Shown here piece by piece: positions 54,634 through 63,973 of a stretch of 64,000 nucleotides of DNA. The notes under the pieces were generated by a model. The model saw nothing but the letters and a program-made list of their open reading frames with translations. It did no database searches and had not been told where the DNA came from. Every line of letters starts with the position of its first letter. Positions within the stretch are counted from its first letter, which is position 1. Source of the DNA: a virus; IMG/VR virus record IMGVR_UViG_3300037840_000227, positions 1 through 64,000 of that record, one strand, 5' to 3'. The translations under genes were made by a program, and so were the position numbers.

Positions 54634-55041
54634 ATGACTTCTCCTGTAACCATCGTGGCTATGTTCAATCAGGCGCTCAGTAAAGTCACGCTGAGCCAAT
54701 CCGGGCCGAGCGCCGCGACTGTCCAGACGCGTGTCTGGAACCCAGGCAGTGATCCGAACGGCAATCCGGACAAGGATGTCACCATCGCCCTGACGAATTG
54801 CGTCGCGAGCGCGGATGGCTCCCTTTTTGATTCCCTTGGCCCGCATGTCCTGTGGTTCCAGCCGAAGGTGATGATCACCTTGGCAGCCCCCAAGACAACG
54901 CCGCCGACGTGGACAGTCGAGGTGAATGTTGGGGATGCTGGGCCGGAGAGCGGTGATACCGTCGCGCGGATCAGCCAAGCCGACTTTACCTCCGCGATCG
55001 CCTGGGTGCGCGGATGCGGATTCCCCCTTTTAGTAGACTGA
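54634..55041 (+). CDS. Hypothetical protein
   Basis: AGGAG SD; 135 aa. Confidence 0.65.
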   Translation: MTSPVTIVAMFNQALSKVTLSQSGPSAATVQTRVWNPGSDPNGNPDKDVTIALTNCVASADGSLFDSLGPHVLWFQPKVMITLAAPKTTPPTWTVEVNVGDAGPESGDTVARISQADFTSAIAWVRGCGFPLLVD

Positions 55042-55216
55042 GCATCGGTGTGCGGCCCTGGCGCGTTCTGGCCCTGGCTCGTCACCACGTCGTTGTGGGC
55101 ATTCCTCGGCGGCGTATTCGTTAGTTACCGCTATCATCGGTTTCTCGGCGAGTTTCGCGATGAACAGCTTGAGCAAATAAAGGCCGCGTTTCTCGCGATT
55201 GGAAAGGATATTGAGG

Positions 55217-55930
55217 ATGACGCCGGAGGCGCGCAAGAAACGGAACGAAGCAGTGCGGCGATGGATAGCCAAGAATCCGGAGAAGATCGCGGCGTACCGT
55301 AGACGGTACTACGACGTCAACTATGAGAGAATAAGAGAGCGCGCCAAGGAGGCGGCCCGTAAACGACGGCAGGAGCGGCCGGAATATGATGCAGATGTCG
55401 CTCGTCGTTATCGAGAGCGCCATCCTGATAGATCTGCTGAGAGCGCTAAACGCTATCGCCAGAAACACCGCGAAGAGCGCGCCGTTCAAAATAAGGCATG
55501 GCGAGACGCTCACCCTGAATATACAAAAGAGCAAGCTAAGAAACGATTGGAGCGCAACCCGACGATACATGCTGAGAGGTATGCGCATAACAAAGATCGC
55601 ATGCAGATAGCCGCGCTCCAGTGGCGAAAAGACAATCCAGACAAAGCACGGGACATCAACAGCCGTAGTGCCCATAGGCGTCGTGCTGAGCGCAACAACT
55701 CTGACGAGCACTATACGCTTACTCAACTACGCGCGCTCAGGGAAAAATCAGGCGGTCGGTGCGCCTATTGTGATACTAAGGGACGCATGACGATTGATCA
55801 CATCGTCTCCTTGCGGCAGGGAGGCTCAAATAGCATACGCAATATCCAGTTCTTGTGTAAGCCATGTAACTCAGCCAAGCAGGACAAGAACCCGATAGTC
55901 TTTGCTCAAGAAAAAGGACTACTCCTATGA
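55217..55930 (+). CDS. HNH endonuclease with long basic helical N-terminus
   Basis: CAYC....TIDHIV....GGSN...NIQ.LC..CN..K. Confidence 0.85.
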   Translation: MTPEARKKRNEAVRRWIAKNPEKIAAYRRRYYDVNYERIRERAKEAARKRRQERPEYDADVARRYRERHPDRSAESAKRYRQKHREERAVQNKAWRDAHPEYTKEQAKKRLERNPTIHAERYAHNKDRMQIAALQWRKDNPDKARDINSRSAHRRRAERNNSDEHYTLTQLRALREKSGGRCAYCDTKGRMTIDHIVSLRQGGSNSIRNIQFLCKPCNSAKQDKNPIVFAQEKGLLL

Positions 55931-56700
55931 AGTTCGGCAGAAATCGTCCTATCGCTCGCGGACCTCGTTTCGCAGTCAAGAACTATTTAATGGCGAGCCT
56001 TCCTGATCCGCCTTCGACAATCAATTACGCGCCAAAGGCGCAACCATTTCTAGCGAACCCGCTTGGTAATACAGACTTAGGGGATTGCACATGTGCCGGG
56101 ATCTTCCATCTTGGGGGCCTCTGGCTCGGCAATGCCGGCGCGTCTATTCTACTTACGCAAGACCAGTGCATCGACCTTTACTGCAATGCCTGCGGTTATG
56201 TGCGGGGTAATCCGGATACGGATCAAGGCGGAGATGAGCAGACGGTGCTTAATTATGTCCAGCAGAACGGTCTCGTGCGCGGCTCCCACAAGATCACGGC
56301 ATGGATGGCCGTCAATGGATTGTCGCGCAAGGAAGTCGCGACAGCTATGTGGCTCTTCGAATCACTCTATTTCGGCATTGAGTTGCCCGATGCGTGGACC
56401 GCCGACATGGCGAGCATCCAAAACGGTTTTGTGTGGGACGTAGCTGGCGATCCAGACCCGAGTCAGGGACATTGCGTCGCAGGAGTCGGGTTTAACAATA
56501 AGGGCGTCCAGATTGATTCCTGGGGTCTCATCGGAACCATTACTTGGGCGGCGATCGCCAAGTACGCGACAACTGCGGGCAGCGGAGAACTTTATACGAT
56601 TCTCGGCCCTGACGCGATTGACAGGGCGACTGGAAAGTCCCCCGTCGGGTTCGATTCCAAGCAGCTCCTTGTTGACCTGGAATCGATGGGAATTGCTTAG
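55927..56700 (+). CDS. Papain-like (C1/C39-type) cysteine peptidase
   Basis: GN...GDCT.AG; GHCV; SWG motifs. Confidence 0.72.
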   Translation: MKFGRNRPIARGPRFAVKNYLMASLPDPPSTINYAPKAQPFLANPLGNTDLGDCTCAGIFHLGGLWLGNAGASILLTQDQCIDLYCNACGYVRGNPDTDQGGDEQTVLNYVQQNGLVRGSHKITAWMAVNGLSRKEVATAMWLFESLYFGIELPDAWTADMASIQNGFVWDVAGDPDPSQGHCVAGVGFNNKGVQIDSWGLIGTITWAAIAKYATTAGSGELYTILGPDAIDRATGKSPVGFDSKQLLVDLESMGIA

Positions 56701-56714
56701 GCAGCCGGTGCCGC

Positions 56715-56924
56715 ATGACAAACACCTTCACCCCTGAATACTGCATCGCGCACGCTCGCTATGCCGCTGAGCAAGAGAGAGTGGCTGCGCCCTATCGGCG
56801 CGAATGGCGCACCCTCTCGCCCTATGAACAGAACAACCTCATGAAAGAGATAAGGGCTGTCCTCGATGCGCTCGAGGCGGCCGGCTATGAGAGGCCGACT
56901 GAAAAGCGGAGGGTGTTTGCGTGA
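56715..56924 (+). CDS. Hypothetical protein
   Basis: 69-aa ORF, GTGA-coupled to next gene. Confidence 0.6.
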   Translation: MTNTFTPEYCIAHARYAAEQERVAAPYRREWRTLSPYEQNNLMKEIRAVLDALEAAGYERPTEKRRVFA

Positions 56925-57121
56925 GCTGGCTGCTGATCTGGCTACTCATCGGCTGGATCGGCGTAGGGCTGGCCTTCGTCAAGCTGTTGTGGGGAGAGGC
57001 CAATTCTAAGAACGACTATCTGTTTGCGGTGTTCTTCACGATCGTTTACGGCGGCTTGCTCGGGCCGATCGGCGCTGCGACGGCATGGTATCTCTTCGTC
57101 TGGGAGAATAGAAAAGGCTGA
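56921..57121 (+). CDS. Small membrane protein
   Basis: Two hydrophobic segments. Confidence 0.55.
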   Translation: MSWLLIWLLIGWIGVGLAFVKLLWGEANSKNDYLFAVFFTIVYGGLLGPIGAATAWYLFVWENRKG

Positions 57122-57268
57122 TTTCATCGCGCCAGCCCGTGGGAGCTTTATTTAGCCGTCGGGTGGAGATGATCGCAGGAGCGATCATCTCCAACGCGCT
57201 GGTTGCCGCGCTCCCGACTGACACCAATATAGCAGAAAACTTGATTGTGTTCTAATTCCCTAGTCGCC

Positions 57269-57967
57269 ATGCCACCTTCCCTCGCCATTGCATGCGGGTT
57301 CCAGCTCGAAGCCAACCTGATCGGGGAGAAGCCTGGCGTCGCAGTTGTTCAGAGCGAGGGGAGCGCGGATAAGCTCGAGGCGGGGCTCGAGGCCGCCGTC
57401 GCTGCCGGCGCCAAGCGCATTCTCAGTTTCGGAACCTGCGGTGGCCTCAACCCAGGCCTCCGCGCTGGCGACTTGGTGATCGGCGTTCTGGTGGCGGTCA
57501 ACTCAACAACGAAGCTCACTTTCGATCTGCGCTGGGGCGCGCATATCAAATTCCTGCTGGACACCGATATCGCCGCGGCGCGGCTGCGCTCGAGCTTCGG
57601 CGTCATGGGCGCCTCGTTTGGCACGTTGGCGACGCCTGCCCAGAAGGCGGCCCTCAGGGCCTCCATAGGGGCCGATGTGGATGACCTGGAGTCCTATACG
57701 GCTTGCCAAGTCGCAGGCCGCCATGGGCTTCCCCTGGCCATCCTCAGGGGAATCACGGACGCGGCGGACTTCGCTTTGCCTCCCGCGGCGCTCGCCGCGC
57801 TGACCGCAAGTGGCCAGATCGACATTTGGGCGGCGCTACAATCGCTCGGCGGCGACATTGGCCAGCTCCCCGAGCTCATTGAGCTATCCAATAATGTGGA
57901 TGCCTGCTTTGCGAATCTTTCTGACGCGCTTGGCATTCTCGGGGAAGATTTCGGCTACGGCGCCTGA
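57269..57967 (+). CDS. HpnG-like nucleoside phosphorylase (PNP/UDP family)
   Basis: G...EA; ILSFG.CGGL.P.L..GDLVI; K.AL....GA...D.ES; R.I.D.A...LPPAAL. Confidence 0.75.
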   Translation: MPPSLAIACGFQLEANLIGEKPGVAVVQSEGSADKLEAGLEAAVAAGAKRILSFGTCGGLNPGLRAGDLVIGVLVAVNSTTKLTFDLRWGAHIKFLLDTDIAAARLRSSFGVMGASFGTLATPAQKAALRASIGADVDDLESYTACQVAGRHGLPLAILRGITDAADFALPPAALAALTASGQIDIWAALQSLGGDIGQLPELIELSNNVDACFANLSDALGILGEDFGYGA

Positions 57968-58045
57968 GGCGCTAATTACATCGAACCCGTGGAATTAAAA
58001 TCTGTGTTATGACACCCGGCAACGGTCCGAAGAAGGACAGCGGGG

Positions 58046-58756
58046 ATGACAGACGATAACAGCATCGAGCGGGAGCGTCGGGCTGGCCACGGCATTGATC
58101 CTGAGGGCGGGAGGGTTATTGACCCGACGAAGAACGTGTTGGATCTCGTCAAGGCGGAGAGCAAATACCAAGACGGTATGCGCGATCAGCTCAAGGAGAT
58201 GCACAAGTTCGCGATAGATTCCTCCACCGTCTTTCAGAACTACGCGCGCGATACGGAATCGCGGATGCAGTCTTGGATGAGGGATTCCGAGACGAAGCGC
58301 GTCGATCAACTCACAACGCAAAGGGCGGATTACGAGAAGCGTATCGCCGACATGCTCGCCGAATCGGTGAAGTCGACGCAAGCGCTCGTGTCGACGCAGC
58401 TTCTACAGATTCAGGGCGCCTTCGGCGAGCGACTGAATAAACTTGAGGAATTCCGGCTCGTGAGCCAAGGCCGAAGCAGCGTGGCGGATCCGGCCCTGGC
58501 GACGTCACTAGCAGCGCTCAGCTCCGGCATTGGCGACATACAGAGCGCCTTTGCAAAGGCGCTCGCCGAATCGACGAAGGCCAGTTCAGCCGCAATAGCG
58601 GAAATGGCCGCTAGCATCACGGCCTTGAAGGAATCTCGCGATATGACGGCCGGCCGCTTCCGCGGAATTGGCGAGAGCTGGGGAATCCTCGTCGGGGCGG
58701 CGGGAGTCATCATTGCCATTGCCGCCCTGTTTTACCACGCCGGGGCTCACCCCTAA
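58046..58756 (+). CDS. Coiled-coil protein with C-terminal TM helix
   Basis: IDPTKNVLDLV; long helical body; hydrophobic C-terminus. Confidence 0.72.
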   Translation: MTDDNSIERERRAGHGIDPEGGRVIDPTKNVLDLVKAESKYQDGMRDQLKEMHKFAIDSSTVFQNYARDTESRMQSWMRDSETKRVDQLTTQRADYEKRIADMLAESVKSTQALVSTQLLQIQGAFGERLNKLEEFRLVSQGRSSVADPALATSLAALSSGIGDIQSAFAKALAESTKASSAAIAEMAASITALKESRDMTAGRFRGIGESWGILVGAAGVIIAIAALFYHAGAHP

Positions 58757-58828
58757 CTTCCAGGTTTTTCTCCCGCTAAGAATTGTGTATAATCCGCTGC
58801 TAGGAGCGCCGTATCTTGGGGGATACAG

Positions 58829-59032
58829 GTGAAAGAGCCGAGCGAACGTCTCCGCTAGCTTGTCAAGGCCGCCCGCAAGGCGCGGCTTGAAGTGCTCGGG
58901 CTCAATTGGAGAACCGATCTGACGGCAGAGGACATCGCACGCAAGAACCCGGATCATGAGATAGTCAAGGCGTGGCGAAAAGCCGAGGAGGAGCTTGAGG
59001 AATTCACTGCAAGGCATAGGAGACTAACGTGA
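58829..59032 (+). pseudogene. Small ORF interrupted by an in-frame TAG at codon 10
   Basis: GGGGGA SD, GTG start, TAG at 58856-58858, frame continues to a TGA overlapping the next start (GTGA). Confidence 0.5.
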
Positions 59033-59256
59033 TCGAAGCATTTTTCAGGTTCCTGATTATCCTCGTCGTCCTCGCGCTCATGTTCTTCCTGGCGCTCTGG
59101 GTGATGGGCGAGATGGGGATCGTGCTGCCGGCGATGGTTCTGGTTTGCATCAAAGTGCTGGCGGTGCTCATAATTCTGCTGATCGCTTGGCGGATGTTCG
59201 GTGGCTATCTCGGAGGGTTCAATATCTGGGGACCGCCGCCGCCCCCGCGTCCGTGA
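59029..59256 (+). CDS. Small two-TM membrane protein
   Basis: AGGAG SD; highly hydrophobic. Confidence 0.7.
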   Translation: MIEAFFRFLIILVVLALMFFLALWVMGEMGIVLPAMVLVCIKVLAVLIILLIAWRMFGGYLGGFNIWGPPPPPRP

Positions 59257-59341
59257 GAAATGGACGAGCGCGCCTTCATCGGTTTTGTGATAGCCTTCAT
59301 TATCGGCTGGGTGTTCAGCGCCCTAGTCTAGGAGGTTCCTT

Positions 59342-59611
59342 ATGAGAAAGATCGCGCTTCGCTGGCTCACCCCGCTCATGCTCTTGGGCATGACGACGTC
59401 GGCCTACGCCCAGGCCGGCTGCGACATCTTCCCATGGCCATGGTGCCCGAACGCAGAGCCTTCGATTGTCTGCGAGGGGCTTGGCTGCGGCGCGGCTCTT
59501 GGCAGTTTCGTATCGCCTACACCGCCGCCGGCTCCCCCTGCGCCAGCCCCGCACAACCACTGCGATCACAACACGGCAGCGGTATCGCATGGCGCGCACG
59601 GGCATAAGTGA
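59342..59611 (+). CDS. Small secreted Cys/Pro-rich protein
   Basis: GGAGG SD; signal ending SAYA|Q. Confidence 0.65.
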   Translation: MRKIALRWLTPLMLLGMTTSAYAQAGCDIFPWPWCPNAEPSIVCEGLGCGAALGSFVSPTPPPAPPAPAPHNHCDHNTAAVSHGAHGHK

Positions 59612-59623
59612 GGCGGACAGGCC

Positions 59624-59812
59624 ATGAAAGATGTTGTGATGCAATATTTCATCGTCCTGATGATCCACGGCACCGGCTGTCCTAACTGCCCGGATAAACA
59701 GGCTTATCCGGTGTATATTCAAGTCCCGTCCCTGGAGATTTGCATGCAGGTCAAGGAACGCAATCCCGATATGCCCGCTGAGTGTTGGGCGAAGCCCACT
59801 GGAGAGAAGTAG
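59624..59812 (+). CDS. Small Cys-containing hypothetical protein
   Basis: 62 aa; CPNC and paired Cys. Confidence 0.55.
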   Translation: MKDVVMQYFIVLMIHGTGCPNCPDKQAYPVYIQVPSLEICMQVKERNPDMPAECWAKPTGEK

Positions 59813-59815
59813 ATT

Positions 59816-60403
59816 TCAAATGCTCTTCCATTTTTTCCTGGCGAGAATCGCGTGGACAGTTGTTTCCGACACTCCGTAATTTCTTGCGATCTGACGATTG
59901 CTGATAGTCCGGGGCGTTGCACGTATGGCTAAAACCTGCGGCTTGGTTAGTTTAGCGCCGCCATTTCTTTCACCATAGTTGCGCGTTCCATGCGCGATCA
60001 TATCTTCTCTGTTTTCGACACGGGTTGCCCAACGAAGATGCTTTGGCGTTACGCAACCAAGACGCCCCTGCCCGCAAGAATGCGCAACCTCATGTTTCAG
60101 GGTGGGTGGAGGCCCATTAATTTCCTCGCAAATAATGCGGTGCACTGATTCCATCTTACCCCCCCCTATATGGACGACTCCGTATCCAACCCTCCTCGCG
60201 TATGGCCAAAACAAGCACTCGTTGCCACCATATGACTTCACAATTTCATTCATAAATCTCAATGGCTCCCCATAAGGAGTGCCTGATTTGGGTTTAAGGG
60301 GATCACCAACGCGCTTCCATTTTGCGTAATGGAAAGCGCACCATCCGAGCGCCTTATGTTTCTTGCCGCATCCTTCAATAGAACATATTCTTTGGCCGGC
60401 CAT
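59816..60403 (-). CDS. HNH homing endonuclease with C-terminal HTH
   Basis: CSIEGC...G.C..HY; VHR.IC...GPPP...AHSCG...CV.PKHL.W.T..EN. Confidence 0.85.
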   Translation of the reverse strand: MAGQRICSIEGCGKKHKALGWCAFHYAKWKRVGDPLKPKSGTPYGEPLRFMNEIVKSYGGNECLFWPYARRVGYGVVHIGGGKMESVHRIICEEINGPPPTLKHEVAHSCGQGRLGCVTPKHLRWATRVENREDMIAHGTRNYGERNGGAKLTKPQVLAIRATPRTISNRQIARNYGVSETTVHAILARKKWKSI

Positions 60404-60508
60404 TTGAGAGCCCCTACGCTCGCGGTGGTTAGAAGCCGTAAGGTGTTGACACGCCTTACGGCTTCGATATTGCTACCACCTTGATACTAACTTACAAGAG
60501 CAACCACC

Positions 60509-60676
60509 ATGCTCGGACTTCTCTTAATCATCTTCCTCGTTGTGGTTCTCTTGGGTGGGATTGGCGGCGGTAGCCTTGGCGTTCCCTACGGCTACGGATT
60601 CGGACATTCCGGTATAGGGATCGTCGGTATCATCCTGATCGTTCTCGTCATTCTGTTGCTGACGGGACGCCTATAG
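60509..60676 (+). CDS. DUF3309-like small membrane protein
   Basis: MLGLLLIIFLVVVLLGG...GYG.GH.G.G..G.ILIVLVILLLTGRL. Confidence 0.75.
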   Translation: MLGLLLIIFLVVVLLGGIGGGSLGVPYGYGFGHSGIGIVGIILIVLVILLLTGRL

Positions 60677-60680
60677 GCGC

Positions 60681-61211
60681 TCACGTCGCCCCTTGAGGCA
60701 GCGGCGAGCCAATCCTTAGCCACGCGAAGACATCCTTCGGCCGCCGTGGGCGATCGGCGCAAGCGTCGAAATAGAGCGTCGACACAAAGGCGACATGCTC
60801 GAGGCAGAACGCGCCGTAGAAAATCCTCTTCAGCATTTCCGTGGAGACAATCGCTTGGTGTGCATCCACCGGCGACGCCAGGATGGCGAACACCAGGAAA
60901 ATGCTGCGCATCACCAAGAAGTGCGAGCGCTCCATCGGGAGAACCCCATGGGTTCCCTTCGGGCGCCCCCGCCACCCCCAATACATGCACACCCAGGCCG
61001 GCGCAGTGAAGGCGCAGAGGGTATCCATGCCGTCCCAATTCGGCGTTGTCGTCAGCCGCGCTACGAGGATAACGCCCGTTATGGCCGCGCTAACGAAGGT
61101 CACATAGGATGCGCGCCAGTCGAACAGATCGCGCGCCAGCCCCGCCACCGGCTGGTAAACCGAATCGATCAGCCAATCGTCGATTGCACGGAAGGCGCCC
61201 ACCTGAATCAA
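60681..61211 (-). CDS. Hypothetical multi-TM membrane protein
   Basis: GGAGG SD; coupled to upstream DHH gene; several hydrophobic segments. Confidence 0.65.
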   Translation of the reverse strand: MIQVGAFRAIDDWLIDSVYQPVAGLARDLFDWRASYVTFVSAAITGVILVARLTTTPNWDGMDTLCAFTAPAWVCMYWGWRGRPKGTHGVLPMERSHFLVMRSIFLVFAILASPVDAHQAIVSTEMLKRIFYGAFCLEHVAFVSTLYFDACADRPRRPKDVFAWLRIGSPLPQGAT

Positions 61212-62125
61212 TCCTCCAAGAACGGCTTGCCATGCTCCGGCAGATGCACCGGCGTCGCCGCTGAGAAGCCCGCGGCGCTCTTGTGGCCGCCGCCGCCATA
61301 GGCGCGCGCGATCGGCGTCACATCATAGTCGCCGCGCGAGCGCAGGGAATACTGGAACCGTCCTGCCTCGGCCTCGAAATAGCAGGCGCCGAAGTCGGCT
61401 CCGGGCTTCTCGCAGAGCTCACCGGCGACTTCGCTGGCGGCAAAGTAAGGCGCATTGGCGATCCAGCATGCCTCCCCATGGATTGTCGCCGGATAGGCGG
61501 ATGCTTTCAATTCCTCAACCCGGCGCCGGTAATAGCGCTGGATGTCATGGCCAGAAGCGATGAGTGATTCGACGCCCTCCATCATGAGATTCTCCCAGAC
61601 GCCAAAGTCCTGCGGATAGGAGCGCAGCGCAATGGTGAACTCATCTCCGAAGGGGCGCTTCTTGCGCCATAGATCGCGGTCTTCGATGTAGTTGATAAAG
61701 GCCGGGCGCTGCCCTCCGAGGAAGAAATCCCAGGCCAACCCGGCGCCGGAGCGCTCCATGTCGAACAACGCGGCGATGGAATGTTCCTTGATGCCAGGAT
61801 CGAAGCGGCCCGGAATATGGCCGCGCGTCGGCCTCTGCCAGAGGCGATATTCCGGCGGCTTGGGAAGATCGGCGAGATCCTCTGAGGCGCTAAAATGATG
61901 ATCTAAAATAACGATCGACGCTGCTTCCTTCGCCATCTCCTCGAGGACCGGCCGCTTGTAGGAGAAGTCGACGAAAAGGACGTGGCGCCCCTTCGCCGCC
62001 GGCGGCGGCTTCTGATAGACGCCTGGATAGAACTCCCAGGTGTTGTCCGGGAACGTCGACTTGACGATAAGCGCGGCGGCGACGCCATCGTCGCACCCTC
62101 CGTGGTATATGCAAAGCGGTTTCAT
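61208..62125 (-). CDS. DHH/DHHA1 phosphoesterase
   Basis: YH..C.DG; VDFS; LDHH; SGA.LAW; SLRS; GGGGH..AAGF. Confidence 0.88.
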   Translation of the reverse strand: MKPLCIYHGGCDDGVAAALIVKSTFPDNTWEFYPGVYQKPPPAAKGRHVLFVDFSYKRPVLEEMAKEAASIVILDHHFSASEDLADLPKPPEYRLWQRPTRGHIPGRFDPGIKEHSIAALFDMERSGAGLAWDFFLGGQRPAFINYIEDRDLWRKKRPFGDEFTIALRSYPQDFGVWENLMMEGVESLIASGHDIQRYYRRRVEELKASAYPATIHGEACWIANAPYFAASEVAGELCEKPGADFGACYFEAEAGRFQYSLRSRGDYDVTPIARAYGGGGHKSAAGFSAATPVHLPEHGKPFLED

Positions 62126-62271
62126 ATGCCGATTTCCTCCGAGTTCTCAGGCTTAGGGGCATAGCGGACGGCTTCCATCTCGAGCTTCTCGACACGCTTG
62201 CTGAGTTCCCTAAGCCATACAATGCACCAGAACACGAGCACGATCGTTAGAATGAAGAGTCCCATATCCAT
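62122..62271 (-). CDS. Small single-TM protein
   Basis: AGGAGG SD; ATGA overlap with DHH gene. Confidence 0.55.
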   Translation of the reverse strand: MDMGLFILTIVLVFWCIVWLRELSKRVEKLEMEAVRYAPKPENSEEIGI

Positions 62272-62280
62272 AGCGTCCTC

Positions 62281-62511
62281 TTAGTGCTTGTCGAGCTCGC
62301 CCTCGAGTTCCGCGATACGCCCACCGAGGCGGTGGATTTCGCCGCGGAGTAGAACGTGCTCTTCGTGCTTCGACATATAGCGCAGCCCGACAAGGAACCC
62401 CGTCCCGATCGCCCAGCAGAACAAGCCGTGGAATGTCGGTAGCGTCCCGACGGCGAAGGCGATGACAGCGAAGATCGCCAGCCAGAATGAGATAGAGCGG
62501 GTGTGGTGCAT
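62281..62511 (-). CDS. Small membrane protein
   Basis: Two hydrophobic segments and a coiled-coil tail. Confidence 0.6.
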   Translation of the reverse strand: MHHTRSISFWLAIFAVIAFAVGTLPTFHGLFCWAIGTGFLVGLRYMSKHEEHVLLRGEIHRLGGRIAELEGELDKH

Positions 62512-62512
62512 G

Positions 62513-62911
62513 TCAGACCCCTAGCTTCACTTTGTCCATTGATCGGAGAACCGCCGTACGCCACGCGGCTCTCGCCACGGCGCTCACGGCGACTATCTCA
62601 CGCCCCCTGAAATTTACAGTTGTATCGCCGGTAAACATGGTGCTGCCGTCAATATTTACCGTGAACGGCCCCTTCATATGCTGGAGCCGGCACCCGGAGA
62701 CGGTCCAATCGTCCGGGGCTTCTCTCAGGGATTTGAGAATGCGTTGTGTAATTTCGTCCGTGATTAGCGCGGGATCGTTGCTGAGCCACTGGAGCAATTT
62801 CTTTATGCGGTCTTCGCACCAGTACGGTCCCAACAGCAGCGTCACCATGAACGCGAGGAAGAAGACTCCAAGGACAAGGACGCCGAAGAAAAAGAGATCG
62901 ACGATGCTCAT
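62513..62911 (-). CDS. Hypothetical protein with N-terminal TM
   Basis: GAGG SD; 132 aa. Confidence 0.65.
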   Translation of the reverse strand: MSIVDLFFFGVLVLGVFFLAFMVTLLLGPYWCEDRIKKLLQWLSNDPALITDEITQRILKSLREAPDDWTVSGCRLQHMKGPFTVNIDGSTMFTGDTTVNFRGREIVAVSAVARAAWRTAVLRSMDKVKLGV

Positions 62912-62959
62912 TTCGCCTCGTCCTCTTCAAGCCCGTATGTCGCGCCCATCGTGTGTCCT

Positions 62960-63526
62960 CTAATGGCTATCGTCGCAGCGGAGCCAAACGGCTATTACGG
63001 AGCCGCTACCGTTGTAGAGGCATAGCGTATCGTCAGCCGTCGTCCATGCCGTAAGGCCGTTGGTGATGTTGCCTAGAAGTGGCGATGACGCGCCATAGAC
63101 TGTGTTTTCTTTGATATTAACGGTGGAGTCCGGCGCCCTCGCGACGTGTCCGCCGCCGCCGATTCCTCCGAAGCTAACCGGAGGGACAACAGGCTGCTCC
63201 AGCTCGCTATGTGGCGAGAGAGGCTCAAACTGGTTCATGCTATTCGGAGCGACATTCAACGTACTGCCGCTGCCCCCGTTGCCGTACCAAATCTGTGTCT
63301 GATTGACCGGCGGGGCAGGCGGTGGGAACGGTATCGTTGACGCCCAGATGAATAGCCGCAGGATGAGTCCCACCGCGACTACAGCGAAGAACGCCATCGG
63401 CGGCGTCGCCATGCCGAGGAGCCATGACGGAATGTGGACCTCTTCGGCGAACTTTGCGAATGTCCGCGGACACGCTTCAACGGACTTGGTTTCTATCTTC
63501 GGCTTAGCTTGCTTACGTACTGCCAT
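62960..63526 (-). CDS. Hypothetical membrane-anchored protein
   Basis: AGGAGG SD; one TM helix then a Pro/Gly-rich domain. Confidence 0.62.
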   Translation of the reverse strand: MAVRKQAKPKIETKSVEACPRTFAKFAEEVHIPSWLLGMATPPMAFFAVVAVGLILRLFIWASTIPFPPPAPPVNQTQIWYGNGGSGSTLNVAPNSMNQFEPLSPHSELEQPVVPPVSFGGIGGGGHVARAPDSTVNIKENTVYGASSPLLGNITNGLTAWTTADDTLCLYNGSGSVIAVWLRCDDSH

Positions 63527-63535
63527 CAAGGCCTC

Positions 63536-63973
63536 CTATTCGAATGGCTTGGCGCTCCAGTGGAGAGCCCAGTAGAGGGGCCACACGGCGCCGGCGATGA
63601 ACGGGCCAAGAACTTCCGGGCCCCACCAGCATTCTGCGAAATCGGGGCTCGAAGCCTTAGCGTTCTTCACGCAAGCATCGTGTTCCTTAACCATCGGGCC
63701 CATGATGCTGCCATAAGTGGCGAGCCCAGCGATGATGTAGGCAATGGCAAAGAAGCCGCCCCAAAACTCGCTGGTGCTGAACGAAGCCTCGTTGCGCTTC
63801 ACTCTCATTGTCCACTCCCATGGCCATTCTCCTGAAAAGCCGCTGATGATCGCGAGAACCCCAATGAGCGCCATGGCCGTGCGCCCTATCACCGTAGGGA
63901 TGACGAGGTATGCTGGTTGCGGCCCCTGCGCGGCGGGCGGCGGCGATGAATTCGAGCAGCGAGAGGATGACAA
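63536..63973 (-). CDS. Hypothetical membrane protein (start uncertain)
   Basis: Hydrophobic segments; WPLYW motif; true start may be internal. Confidence 0.45.
   Translation of the reverse strand: MSSSRCSNSSPPPAAQGPQPAYLVIPTVIGRTAMALIGVLAIISGFSGEWPWEWTMRVKRNEASFSTSEFWGGFFAIAYIIAGLATYGSIMGPMVKEHDACVKNAKASSPDFAECWWGPEVLGPFIAGAVWPLYWALHWSAKPFE

Noticed and set aside
55048-55302. Possible inner-membrane spanin ORF
   Set aside because: No clear SD, overlaps the HNH gene by about 85 nt and has only one TM as support; left uncalled
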